A stretch of 64,000 bases of DNA, taken from the IMG/VR virus record IMGVR_UViG_3300037851_000831, positions 1 through 64,000 of that record. One strand, 5' to 3'. Below the pieces are notes generated by a model. It had not been told where the DNA came from. It ran no database searches and saw only the letters and a program-made list of their open reading frames with translations. Below, one piece after another: positions 1 through 9,920 of the stretch; positions within the stretch are counted from its first letter, which is position 1, and each line of letters opens with the position of its first letter. The DNA comes from a virus. The position numbers and the translations under genes were made by a program.

Positions 1-2
1 AC

Positions 3-302
3 TACACCATCAGCGGATACTGTCAGCGCCATATGATTGTTATGAACGCCTCGGCTTTAGTCGTAAGCAACAACATCACCGTCACGGTATCTGGAACTCC
101 AAATATTCTGTATGACACCGTATATGCTCAAGACATGTCATTGATCATGGTCGGTCCTGTCACATTCGCCGGAACGGGAATTACAACTGCTAGAAGATAC
201 TACGCAGACAGATTGAGCAGCATTGATGGGTATGGCAAAGGCATCAACTTCATTCCCGGAGGAGCAGCGGGCGCAACCACCAATGGTGGCATCTACGCGT
301 AA
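3..302 (+). CDS. C-terminal part of tail fibre-like protein (5' truncated by window)
   Basis: Open frame from window edge; beta-rich G/T/S composition ending GATTNGGIYA; upstream of tail sheath. Confidence 0.5.
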   Translation, partial: YTISGYCQRHMIVMNASALVVSNNITVTVSGTPNILYDTVYAQDMSLIMVGPVTFAGTGITTARRYYADRLSSIDGYGKGINFIPGGAAGATTNGGIYA

Positions 303-362
303 TATAATAATCGTTCTCCGTATATATGGCGATAGTTATTGTCTTAACCCAAAATCAAAGTT

Positions 363-665
363 ATGAGCGATCCGATCAAATTCACACAGGAAGAAATGGA
401 TGAAGTGTTCTCCCTCCAGCAAGATTACAACACCACGTTGCTGAATCTCGGAGGTATGGAACTTGAAAGAATGAACCTTGCCGCTCGGCTAAAGGAACTC
501 GACGAAGCCAAAGATAAACTCGTCAGTGAACGTTTTGCCGCCCTAAATGCCCGCGAGAAAGAACTCCTCGGGAAGATCACGGAAAAGTACGGCGAAGGCT
601 CCCTTTCTCTAAGAGACGGCACATTTACACCTTCTTCTAAGACAAGCAATATAGAACTAAAATAA
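363..665 (+). CDS. Coiled-coil hypothetical protein
   Basis: 100 aa ORF, heptad-like E/K/L pattern, C-terminal KYGEGSLSLRDGTF. Confidence 0.7.
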   Translation: MSDPIKFTQEEMDEVFSLQQDYNTTLLNLGGMELERMNLAARLKELDEAKDKLVSERFAALNAREKELLGKITEKYGEGSLSLRDGTFTPSSKTSNIELK

Positions 666-786
666 CACCCTAGAGTGGTGATGAGGTAAGTGGAAAAAAA
701 TGTGGGTTTAGAAAAAACCCAAAATATTTATACTTACCGTTCAACACGTTTACACAACAACCTAACAAGGAAACAAGGACAAGACC

Positions 787-3756
787 ATGGCAATTCAAGA
801 AGGTGGAAGATTTACCCCAAACGACAGAATCGTGAGCCCCGGAGTATTCTCCCGTGAACTCGACCAATCGTTTTTGGCACAGGGAGTACAGGACATCGGA
901 GGCGCAGTAGTTGCACCTTTCCCAAGAGGTCCCGGCTTCTCTCCAACAATCATCAGATCGCAAGCCGATCTCGAAGCAATCTTTGGTACTCCCGATGGTG
1001 TTCTTTACGGTCCTTACACCGCACAGCAATATCTTCAAGAGCAAGGTGCAGTAACTATCGTTCGTGTTGGTGGTTTGGGTGGATACACTCAGAACAACCC
1101 ACTCGCGATTAAGGCAGTTCCGGGTCAATACCTCCGCTTCCAAGAAAGCAGTTCCTTCACAGGAACACTCTTGGGCGCAACGGTAACGAACACTGGTCCT
1201 GGTACGTTCAATCTTGTTGGTTCCCTCGTCGCAACATTCGGCGCAGGCATCTACTCCGGTTCTACGGTTGTTGTTGGATTGGTTTCCGGTTCAATCGATG
1301 CAGGCGACATTTCGGGTTCATTCCCAAATCAGTCGTTCACCAGCGGTTCGTTTGTTCTCACCGTTTCTGATGCACAGGTTGGTCACACAGGAGTTTTGAC
1401 GGTATCCGCATCGCTCGATATCGTTCAGGTAAATCCTTGCACAACCTCCTACAACGTTGCCGGTCTAATGACTGGTAGTTACGGCGCTTTCGATCTATCC
1501 TCGTGGGTAGCCGCAAGCGTTCCTGTTCTCATCGATTGCAATACAATCGTCACAGGTTCATCTGGAAGAAATGTAACAACCCTCGCCGTTCTCGCAAATA
1601 CCGCATACGACACAGGTCAGACCCTCGCAGGATTCTCTGGCTCCGTATTGGTAAGCAGTTCGCTCGGTCTATCACCTGACTTCAGCCTCGTTCTCTCCTC
1701 CAGCGTTGGTGGCGGATACGGTATCTACGGATTCTCCCTTGACTCGGCAAGCCCACGCTACATCACACGCGTATTCGGCACCGATCCAAAGGCAGGATTC
1801 ATCCCTGTAGCAACCGGTCAGAAGATCGACGTTGCATACCTCTATCGCATCTTCAACAATGCTATCGACACGGTAGTTCCTGAAATGCTCGCAAGCGGTT
1901 CTTGGAGAATCGAAGTTGCTCCATACAACGATGCAACAATCCTCACAGACGGTGTAACACCTGATGTTGGAAACTCGTTGTTCGACTTGCGTCAGGCTGA
2001 AACACCTTGGGTCAACTCTCAAGTGATGGCATCTTGGACCGGCAGTTACGGTCCGGGCGTCAACCGCTTCAACTTGTTCAAGGTTCACACCATGGCAGAC
2101 GGCACCGACACAAACACACGCTACAAGATCGAAATCTCGAACGTGAAGTCGCCGGGCACCGTGCCGGGAACACCATACGGAACATTCACATTGGCAGTTC
2201 GTGACTATAACGACTCCGATAAGAAGCCTTCGTTCCTCGAAATCTATAACAACCTCAACCTCGACCCAAACAGCGCCGACTTCATCGCACGCCGTATCGG
2301 TGATCGTTACAACTTCATCAACTACAATGGAAAGATTCTTGAATTCGGTGATTACGAAAACAAGAGCCGCTTCATCCGTATTGAGATGGCAACGAATCCA
2401 TGGCCAACCGAGGCAATTCCTTACGGATTTGACGCATATGCTGCTCCTGTCGGTGGAGAACTATCAAGCCTAGCAACGCTTCCAAAGATGACGTTCACTT
2501 CGGCTTCGATCTACTCCCTCGCTCCGGGTAAGTATGCTTCCGGTATCGTCTTCCAGCCTGCTCCTGCCGGTTCCGATGACGAACTTGAAAGCCTCTATCC
2601 AAATGGAACACAGGTTGGTTCAGAACGCGACAATAAGCAATACTTCGCCCCTGTTCCAGTAGGTGCAGATAAGGGTGCAAATTGCCCATTCGACCTTGAA
2701 GAAGTTTGCGGTATTCCTCCGATCTACATCGCAAATTCCGAAATCACAAACACGAAGATGCGTAAGTTCGTATTCGGCTTCCAAGCCGGATTCGACGGTC
2801 AGTCGCCTTCGGTTCCTGTTCTCGTTGGCAACGATATCATCACAACCAACCAGCAGGGATTGAACTGCGCAACGAATACATCGACCGGTTCCTACGCTTA
2901 TAAGCAGGCTATCACCGCTTTGAGCAACGCCGATGAATTCGATATCAACCTGATTGTTGTTCCGGGCATCAACTACCAGTACAACCCATACGTTTCTACG
3001 CTCTGCGTTGAAATGTGCGAAACTCGTGGTGATTGCTTCTACATCATGGATATTGCTCCAAACCAGTTGGCAGGTGCAAGTTCACTCGACAACGTAGTAT
3101 CCCTCGCTTCGGAATTCGACACGAACTACGCAGCAACATACTATCCTTGGGTCAAGATTCGCGACACGAACACGAACAGAATTATCCCTGTTCCGCCTTC
3201 AGTTGTTCTCCCAGCAGTTTACGCTGCTTCAGACCGTGTTGCCGCCGAATGGTTCGCACCAGCAGGTTTGAATCGTGGTGGAATCCCAACAGCCGTTCAG
3301 GTTGTTGACCGTCTCACACACGCAGAACGTGACCAACTCTACGAAGGTCGTGTCAACCCAATCGCCGCATTCCCCGGATCGGGAGTCAGCGTTTGGGGTC
3401 AGAAGACCCTTCAGGTCAAGCCATCGGCTCTCGACCGTATCAATGTTCGCCGTCTCTTGATCGCTCTCAAGAAGTTCATCGCTGGTTCTTCCCGCTACTT
3501 GATCTTCGAACAGAACGTTTCTTCAACGCGCAACCGCTTCCTCAACATCGTCAATCCATATCTCGAAAGCGTTCAACAGCGTTCGGGTCTCTACGCCTTC
3601 CGTGTAGTGATGGATGAAACGAACAACACGCCTGATGTTGTAGACAGAAACATCCTCTATGGTCAAATCTATCTACAGCCTGCCAAGACCGCTGAATTCA
3701 TCATTCTTGATTTCAACGTAATGCCAACAGGCGCATCGTTCGGAAACGAAGGTTAA
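787..3756 (+). CDS. Contractile tail sheath protein
   Basis: N-terminal SPGVFSRELD; C-terminal YYPW, WFAPAGLNRG, WGQKTLQ, DRINVRRL and AEFIILDF sheath motifs. Confidence 0.97.
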   Translation: MAIQEGGRFTPNDRIVSPGVFSRELDQSFLAQGVQDIGGAVVAPFPRGPGFSPTIIRSQADLEAIFGTPDGVLYGPYTAQQYLQEQGAVTIVRVGGLGGYTQNNPLAIKAVPGQYLRFQESSSFTGTLLGATVTNTGPGTFNLVGSLVATFGAGIYSGSTVVVGLVSGSIDAGDISGSFPNQSFTSGSFVLTVSDAQVGHTGVLTVSASLDIVQVNPCTTSYNVAGLMTGSYGAFDLSSWVAASVPVLIDCNTIVTGSSGRNVTTLAVLANTAYDTGQTLAGFSGSVLVSSSLGLSPDFSLVLSSSVGGGYGIYGFSLDSASPRYITRVFGTDPKAGFIPVATGQKIDVAYLYRIFNNAIDTVVPEMLASGSWRIEVAPYNDATILTDGVTPDVGNSLFDLRQAETPWVNSQVMASWTGSYGPGVNRFNLFKVHTMADGTDTNTRYKIEISNVKSPGTVPGTPYGTFTLAVRDYNDSDKKPSFLEIYNNLNLDPNSADFIARRIGDRYNFINYNGKILEFGDYENKSRFIRIEMATNPWPTEAIPYGFDAYAAPVGGELSSLATLPKMTFTSASIYSLAPGKYASGIVFQPAPAGSDDELESLYPNGTQVGSERDNKQYFAPVPVGADKGANCPFDLEEVCGIPPIYIANSEITNTKMRKFVFGFQAGFDGQSPSVPVLVGNDIITTNQQGLNCATNTSTGSYAYKQAITALSNADEFDINLIVVPGINYQYNPYVSTLCVEMCETRGDCFYIMDIAPNQLAGASSLDNVVSLASEFDTNYAATYYPWVKIRDTNTNRIIPVPPSVVLPAVYAASDRVAAEWFAPAGLNRGGIPTAVQVVDRLTHAERDQLYEGRVNPIAAFPGSGVSVWGQKTLQVKPSALDRINVRRLLIALKKFIAGSSRYLIFEQNVSSTRNRFLNIVNPYLESVQQRSGLYAFRVVMDETNNTPDVVDRNILYGQIYLQPAKTAEFIILDFNVMPTGASFGNEG

Positions 3757-3775
3757 TTCCGTCAACCCCTAACAA

Positions 3776-3808
3776 AAAAGACCCACCGCGAAAACCGGTG
3801 GGTCTTTT
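3776..3808 (+). terminator. Intrinsic terminator (possibly bidirectional)
   Basis: AAAAGACCCACCG/CGGTGGGTCTTTT inverted repeat just after sheath stop. Confidence 0.85.
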
Positions 3809-3833
3809 CATGTACGTGTGATATTTATCTCTA

Positions 3834-4274
3834 ATGCAGCCATTCACTCATCTTCTTCAGACACATGGAGTGTTGAAAAACTTCAACATCGTTCATAAGT
3901 TGTTGCCATCTGAATTGAAAAAACTGCGAGACGAGGTTCGACAAAAGTCGAAGAATAAAAAGGAATACGAAGCCAATATGGTAAAACATATGAAGGCTCT
4001 CGGCGTCGAAAAGATGCGCTTGTCGAAACTGCCCGGAATCATGGTAAACGGAAAGCCACTACCCGAAGAATCCGACGTTGAAGATCGCCTCGACCGACAG
4101 AAACTTCTCGTTGAATTTGCAAAGATACTCTCCAAGCAAATCAAAATAAATGACTTTTCCCAACAGGAACAGGGATTCCTCGTAGTAAGCCTGTCGAAGA
4201 TTTTAGGTCTTCGTCTGTCGGATTTCAGAGAATGGCAAGACGATAATATCGAAAAGCCGGGTCTCGAAGATTAA
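3834..4274 (+). CDS. Hypothetical protein
   Basis: 146 aa ORF 5 nt after ATATTTAT. Confidence 0.7.
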   Translation: MQPFTHLLQTHGVLKNFNIVHKLLPSELKKLRDEVRQKSKNKKEYEANMVKHMKALGVEKMRLSKLPGIMVNGKPLPEESDVEDRLDRQKLLVEFAKILSKQIKINDFSQQEQGFLVVSLSKILGLRLSDFREWQDDNIEKPGLED

Positions 4275-4612
4275 CGCAACTTGACTTTTTTTGACTTGAT
4301 CTGCCCCTGCCACTTGTCAAGTTGACCGTTCATAATCTCATTGATCTGTTTGTCGGCGGTCTTCGTGGCGACCAAAATATCCATCGCCATGATCAAACAA
4401 TCGACGGCTTCAAGGCGAAGGTGATTCAATACCTGCTTCTCCGTCTTTCCTTTTCTTCCTTTGTATCCGCTGTACTTCAGAATTTCAGCGGCGCATTCAC
4501 CAGCCTCTTCGCACAACTTCAATCCTCTTGGAATGAGCGGGCGACGATCCTTGGAACTGATATCAACCAGTTTCTTCGGAAGGGTGAATTTGGCGCTATC
4601 TACTTTTTTCAT
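4271..4612 (-). CDS. MazG-like NTP pyrophosphohydrolase
   Basis: KLCEEAGECAAE...LEAVD acidic helical motif. Confidence 0.8.
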   Translation of the reverse strand: MKKVDSAKFTLPKKLVDISSKDRRPLIPRGLKLCEEAGECAAEILKYSGYKGRKGKTEKQVLNHLRLEAVDCLIMAMDILVATKTADKQINEIMNGQLDKWQGQIKSKKVKLR

Positions 4613-4740
4613 GTTTGATGTTATGAAATCGCGACATCATGTCGTGATTTGTGTCGCGATTACCGCCAAAATGGCGAGATATATGGCGGGATTCAATTCT
4701 TTATCTCGGTGTGAGTGTTGAGCCGAACGCGAAATAAAGA

Positions 4741-5457
4741 TTAAGCATCCTGCCCACGGATGATCCTCTCGCGCAGTTCAGGATTCTCACGTGCCCACGT
4801 ATCGTATTCCGTGCGACATGCGAGGAAATCGCCACCGTGAACAATGTATGGGAGATTTGTTTTAAGTTGGAAGGCTGGAGTGTTGTTCATATAATAACTC
4901 CGAGCGGTCTCAGAATACATTCCATCCGAAAGCATGATCGCCAGCCATTCCTTCTGTGTGACGGCGATTCCACGAGACTGAAGCATGAACAAGGCACGTT
5001 CCGGAACGTGCATGAACTGAATGTCGGGGTTGTGTTTGAACATTTCCGCACGCTTCTTTTGATGCCATTCGGAATCTTGGTCGATATAATAAGGACCAGT
5101 GTCGTCGCCAATCTTTCCAAGATCATGGTGAAGGGCAGCGAAATCGCGCTCTTCATCGGTGAAATCGACGGTACCGCCCATCATTTCCCAAAGCATTTGG
5201 TAAGCCTGTGCTCCCTTGACAACTCCGAGAACGTGCTGGATGTATCCGCCAACGTTTGCGCGATGATAGTTCAACTTCTGCGATGCAGGAGCAAGAGCCA
5301 TCTTCGTGGCAATCTCTTCCTCGTCATAGAATGCGAGAAGTTTTTCCCTGCGCTCGCCAGTGAATGCCGACTTAATGAAGTCGATGAACACGGAGTAATT
5401 GTGTTGCAGTTCCTTTTCATCCAACTGATTGCCTGTCTTGATGTTGAAGTTATACAT
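4741..5457 (-). CDS. HD-domain phosphohydrolase
   Basis: YH..GGYIQH, ALHHDLGKIG, H..D motifs. Confidence 0.88.
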   Translation of the reverse strand: MYNFNIKTGNQLDEKELQHNYSVFIDFIKSAFTGERREKLLAFYDEEEIATKMALAPASQKLNYHRANVGGYIQHVLGVVKGAQAYQMLWEMMGGTVDFTDEERDFAALHHDLGKIGDDTGPYYIDQDSEWHQKKRAEMFKHNPDIQFMHVPERALFMLQSRGIAVTQKEWLAIMLSDGMYSETARSYYMNNTPAFQLKTNLPYIVHGGDFLACRTEYDTWARENPELRERIIRGQDA

Positions 5458-5462
5458 AGAAA

Positions 5463-5882
5463 TTAGTGCACGGTGGCTTTGAAGTGAAATGTGTGCGTAT
5501 CCGCATCCGTATGAATTTGAATGGAGTTGTAGAGATTCATTTTCTCTTCGGGAAGGGCTTGACGCTTCACCTGAGCACGAATGAAGTCGAGAAGTTGATC
5601 TTCCAAATGCCCCCGAACGCCCTTTAGCAATTGCTGTGAAAATATCTCCTCCTCCGTCTCCATCAGGTGCTTAACTGTGAGACGTTCCATAAGAGACACG
5701 CGACTGATCTTTTCCATTCGAGGGCTCTTGAAATAAAGATCGTAGTTATCGTCGCGATGATGATCTTCCCAATGCTCGCCTTGAAATTCCCAACCCTGAT
5801 TCTGAAGTTCGCAAATAGCCGTTCTGACCTCATCCGTTGGGAGTTTGGAAAGAATCTGGTCGAGGCTCATGTTGTAATTCAT
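5463..5882 (-). CDS. Hypothetical protein
   Basis: 139 aa ORF; TTGACA promoter 34 nt upstream of ATG. Confidence 0.7.
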   Translation of the reverse strand: MNYNMSLDQILSKLPTDEVRTAICELQNQGWEFQGEHWEDHHRDDNYDLYFKSPRMEKISRVSLMERLTVKHLMETEEEIFSQQLLKGVRGHLEDQLLDFIRAQVKRQALPEEKMNLYNSIQIHTDADTHTFHFKATVH

Positions 5883-5932
5883 GAGCCAACGCTACACCCT
5901 TGTTAGGTTATGTCAACCTATAAAAAGTGAGG

Positions 5933-8038
5933 TTATGGGTGGCTGCTAAAATCAACGTTGAAACTTGCTGGAACAACGACCGCGTCCTGACCCTCAAGAC
6001 CAATAACCGTTGACGGTGATGAGTATATGCTTCCGACCGTTACCCAATACTCCGGTACCCACTGAGCGAATGTGTAATACTGCTCATAACCGGGCGAAAC
6101 CGACATTGTGATAGAATTGGTGGAGCGAAGTGGAAGGGCGGCACCGTTGGAAGAACTTCCGTTGATGTACGGTAATCCCGGTCCGTTTAGTGGGTGGATT
6201 ACTAATGGTACCGTTCCGGTATTGGTATAACCTCCAAGCGGAGCGGAGCCGGAATCATATCCAGAAAAAATGATTTCACCAACGGTGTAGCCAAGGTTTC
6301 CTCTTTCAAAGAAACCTTGGAGTGATGGATTATCAACCTTGTAATTTGACTTCTGCGATCCAGTTGTGCCAACGGGAACGGAATCCAAGAATCCTGTGTG
6401 GCTCTTGAATGAATCAACATATCCACCAGCAGTGAAGTTGTGCATCGCCATTTGCTTTGCGATACCGAAGTTGTGATTTTCAGAAATAAGCCAAGCATTC
6501 TGATGTGTGCCTGCCGAACCATATTCAACGCAAGACTTGAACGCTGCCCGTGATAGTCTTCCTGTACCAGATTGCTTGAAAACGTCAACTCTCGCGGCAT
6601 CCCAATGTGGCTCATATCCCATAGACAAACTCATAGAGTAAGAGCCGGTGACACCCGCAGTGTACAACGAGAAATACGGGTTTGGAATGATTACGTCTTG
6701 CGATACGACGCCCGCTGGGATGATTGACGATGTGGTTCCGTAATTCGAGACGAATGATGCTGTAATCGGAGCGGAGAATGGTGCATTCGATGTGTTCGAT
6801 ACTCGGAATCGCATAGAAAAGGCACCATCACAATCTGATGCCAACCCTCGAACCGAGTAAATCTGTCTATTGTGATTGGTTGATGGAAAACTTGACTTTG
6901 CCGCATTCGTACCGGCAACCCAGCCAACCGTGTAGAACGCTGCGTTGGTCGAATCTCCCAAAAATTCCAATGACCCGGAAACCGAACCGGATGGAACCGG
7001 GTTGGAGCCGGTCGAAACCGAACTGGTATCACATGATAGTATTCCAGTAAGATTAATCGGCGAGGTTTCGTAATAGTTTGCATCGAGAAGATAAACCGAC
7101 GACGTTGGAGTATTGTTGAAAAACTGAGCGATTGGCGCGTTTCTCGTCATTACTCTTCCATATGAATTTCTGTCTGCAACAACTCCATCCAGCAACAATA
7201 CCTGATCACTGGTGAATGACGAAGAGAGAGATGCCGTTCCATAACTGAGATTTGCAACTCGGATGTATGCCAATTCTCCAAACGATCCCGTAAGTTGAAG
7301 TGTGATCGGAAACTCCGGAAGAGCCTTGCAACGCACCGAGCAATTTCCAACCGAACCTGCATATGTCAATTCAGGAATCAATGAAATTGAGACTCTCAAT
7401 TGTTGACGAAGAAAACTACTTGCGGTGCATTCTTGACCGGTTGAGAATACAATAGTTCTGGCAGCATAGCCATCAAGACCGAGCCAGTTAAATTCCCAAG
7501 GAACGGTTTGCCCAATCGACTCGGTGGTTATGGAAATTGCACTTCCGGATATAGACGATGTAAAGAAAAATGATCCTGAGATATCGTATGGATCGAGTGG
7601 ATTTGTGTTAAGACTTGCTGTCAAACTATCAAGTGTAGGAGGATTCGACCCCGATGGAATGAACCAAACCTTTACCTTGACCGACAGTTGAGCATCATCC
7701 GATGTGTAGAATCCGGGCTGTAAAACTCCATCGTTTGCAGAATCCATCAAGCCTTGAACAGTGTAGCCATCGATTGTGAGAAGTGGCGTTGGTGTATTCT
7801 TCTTCTGGAAACGCTCACGCAGGTCGGTCACAGCATTCGATGATGCGTAGAATGACTGATAATAGGTCTTGTCTGCAATTCTGTCGGATTCGGACGTAGA
7901 TTCCTTGTACTTTCGAGATAGGTCACTCCCGGTTCCAGCCACGTTAAATGACTTAAATCCGGTTACGGGTCCGAAGTTTGATGAACTTGGCTCGAATACA
8001 TCATCCAGCGCAGTATTTCCAAATACATAGTCAGCCAT
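5933..8038 (-). CDS. Putative virion/tail-associated protein (Ser/Gly-rich)
   Basis: 701 aa, beta-rich; shares NCSVRCK..PITL..TGSF block with 9921-12230. Confidence 0.65.
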   Translation of the reverse strand: MADYVFGNTALDDVFEPSSSNFGPVTGFKSFNVAGTGSDLSRKYKESTSESDRIADKTYYQSFYASSNAVTDLRERFQKKNTPTPLLTIDGYTVQGLMDSANDGVLQPGFYTSDDAQLSVKVKVWFIPSGSNPPTLDSLTASLNTNPLDPYDISGSFFFTSSISGSAISITTESIGQTVPWEFNWLGLDGYAARTIVFSTGQECTASSFLRQQLRVSISLIPELTYAGSVGNCSVRCKALPEFPITLQLTGSFGELAYIRVANLSYGTASLSSSFTSDQVLLLDGVVADRNSYGRVMTRNAPIAQFFNNTPTSSVYLLDANYYETSPINLTGILSCDTSSVSTGSNPVPSGSVSGSLEFLGDSTNAAFYTVGWVAGTNAAKSSFPSTNHNRQIYSVRGLASDCDGAFSMRFRVSNTSNAPFSAPITASFVSNYGTTSSIIPAGVVSQDVIIPNPYFSLYTAGVTGSYSMSLSMGYEPHWDAARVDVFKQSGTGRLSRAAFKSCVEYGSAGTHQNAWLISENHNFGIAKQMAMHNFTAGGYVDSFKSHTGFLDSVPVGTTGSQKSNYKVDNPSLQGFFERGNLGYTVGEIIFSGYDSGSAPLGGYTNTGTVPLVIHPLNGPGLPYINGSSSNGAALPLRSTNSITMSVSPGYEQYYTFAQWVPEYWVTVGSIYSSPSTVIGLEGQDAVVVPASFNVDFSSHP

Positions 8039-8042
8039 GATA

Positions 8043-9887
8043 TTAGTCGGTTATGTAACCCTCAATTGTGACTCTGATCACATCTGTTGGATTTCCATTC
8101 GTTCTTGATAGGTATAGTGTGCGAACGTATTGGTTGCTTGGAGTACCCGCAACTACAACCAAATAAGAAACTCCGTATAGAACCGGCGTACCACCCATTC
8201 TATCATTCGGCGTTCCATTGGAAGTTCCAATCGAAATTGTCGGGCCGGGAAGTCCGATTGAACCACCCATCGCGTTAATTGTAAAACTATTGATGACGAA
8301 ATTGACGGGAAGAACGTTTTCTCCATTTACCGGGTCGATGCCAAGATACTCGTCGCCTCCAACCGATCTGAACGATAGGTTAAACCTCTGCATTGGGCGG
8401 ATGTTAGTAGCGCCCGAAGAATTTTGTGTAAGGTGTGATCTGCTTGGCGATACATCCTTCCACTGTGATGGGGATGGTTGAACGGAATCCGGCTCAAGTG
8501 CGAAGTTGCATCCAACCTGTTGGAGCGTACCTCCATCAAACACAGTGGCACCCACATCCTTCGTTACCAACCATTCAAACCCGACCGCATTCAAGAATGG
8601 GGCATTTGTGGTGGAATACCAAGTATTGAGCCCGCCACCGGGAGTTACTACACGGTAGCGTCTTCCGGGAATCAAAGCACCCGAAGTGATAATTGCTCTG
8701 CTGCCCCACTTATCAACTTGATCCAATCCAGAAATGTATTGCTCGTTGATTTCTCCAGACGCAAGTGCTCGGTTGTAGAGATACACGGCATATGTCGAGA
8801 ATGGATTGATCTGAGAAGTGAGACCGATATTTGAATTTCGATTGAGGTAGAAGTATGAGTTTCTTAGGTCATAGTTCGCCCAAGTGAATGTTGGGCTTCC
8901 GAACGACGTTTCTACAACCGAAAGTTCCTGTGCACCATTAATGAACACTTTTGGCGTTGCACTTCCGCTTTCTCTGACCAACGTCACATTGGTCATACTT
9001 CCACCGAAGCGATCAATGAAGTTTGGAACTGCTACTTCACGGAATGCACCACCCGTCTCTCTGATTCGAAATGCGAGAGCCGTTGACGAACTGATGTGTG
9101 CGAACAATCCCTTGTTTGTGTTTGCAAGAGTTGTGGATGTTGCTTCCACCAAAGAAAGTAGCGTGTGGCTTCCAGACTCCGGATATGCAGGCGGTTTGAT
9201 TACAAACGAGAGTGAGAATGACGAACCACTGATTGCTTGGTTGTCTGATAGAGGGGCGACCGAACCGGATAGAGCAATTGAACCTGTTCCACGACTCAAA
9301 TCCAATCCGTTGTTGTAACGGAGTGGGCTTGAGAACTGACCTGTGAATGCCTTAACCTCATCGGCTTGAAGACCGCGCTGGTTGAAGAACCAACCGCTTT
9401 GTGCATCTCTTCCGATGAATACTGGCTTTGAGACGTATGTCGGATTTGCGAGAACGGGGTCAACGCTTGATAGACTTCCGGATTCTCCTAGATAGAATAC
9501 CGTGCCATCCGATACGAGATTTGTTCCGAAGTTCACGAATCCCGCTGTAACGACTCGATATGTTGTTCCACTGACCGATTCGATTACTCCGACCACATTT
9601 GCAAAACTGCTTGACGCAGCACTTGCGGTAACAAACAAACCACCAGAACGACGAACAAGCGCACCTACGAATAGTGCCGGTGAAACCTGAACGAACGTTT
9701 CGGATATGCTCTTGAAACTGCTGGATGCGATTCCCGACACGTAATTGGCAAGTTCGCCAAGTTCCATCTTCTTGGTCTCACCAGTCGGGCTGGCAGGAGA
9801 ACTTACATCCACCATCGGAATCAAGTCGGTTGGTGCAGCCTCAGCAGCGGTAAGAGGGTTCAGTTGTGTGATTGTCTCGTTTGCCAT
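8043..9887 (-). CDS. Putative tail fibre/virion protein with LamG-like domain
   Basis: N-terminal ITQL...DLIPMVD..TKK fibre motif; KVFING and YLYNRAL LamG-type motifs. Confidence 0.7.
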   Translation of the reverse strand: MANETITQLNPLTAAEAAPTDLIPMVDVSSPASPTGETKKMELGELANYVSGIASSSFKSISETFVQVSPALFVGALVRRSGGLFVTASAASSSFANVVGVIESVSGTTYRVVTAGFVNFGTNLVSDGTVFYLGESGSLSSVDPVLANPTYVSKPVFIGRDAQSGWFFNQRGLQADEVKAFTGQFSSPLRYNNGLDLSRGTGSIALSGSVAPLSDNQAISGSSFSLSFVIKPPAYPESGSHTLLSLVEATSTTLANTNKGLFAHISSSTALAFRIRETGGAFREVAVPNFIDRFGGSMTNVTLVRESGSATPKVFINGAQELSVVETSFGSPTFTWANYDLRNSYFYLNRNSNIGLTSQINPFSTYAVYLYNRALASGEINEQYISGLDQVDKWGSRAIITSGALIPGRRYRVVTPGGGLNTWYSTTNAPFLNAVGFEWLVTKDVGATVFDGGTLQQVGCNFALEPDSVQPSPSQWKDVSPSRSHLTQNSSGATNIRPMQRFNLSFRSVGGDEYLGIDPVNGENVLPVNFVINSFTINAMGGSIGLPGPTISIGTSNGTPNDRMGGTPVLYGVSYLVVVAGTPSNQYVRTLYLSRTNGNPTDVIRVTIEGYITD

Positions 9888-9920
9888 AATCTATAAATAT
9901 GCTCGGTTTAGAAAAAAAGG

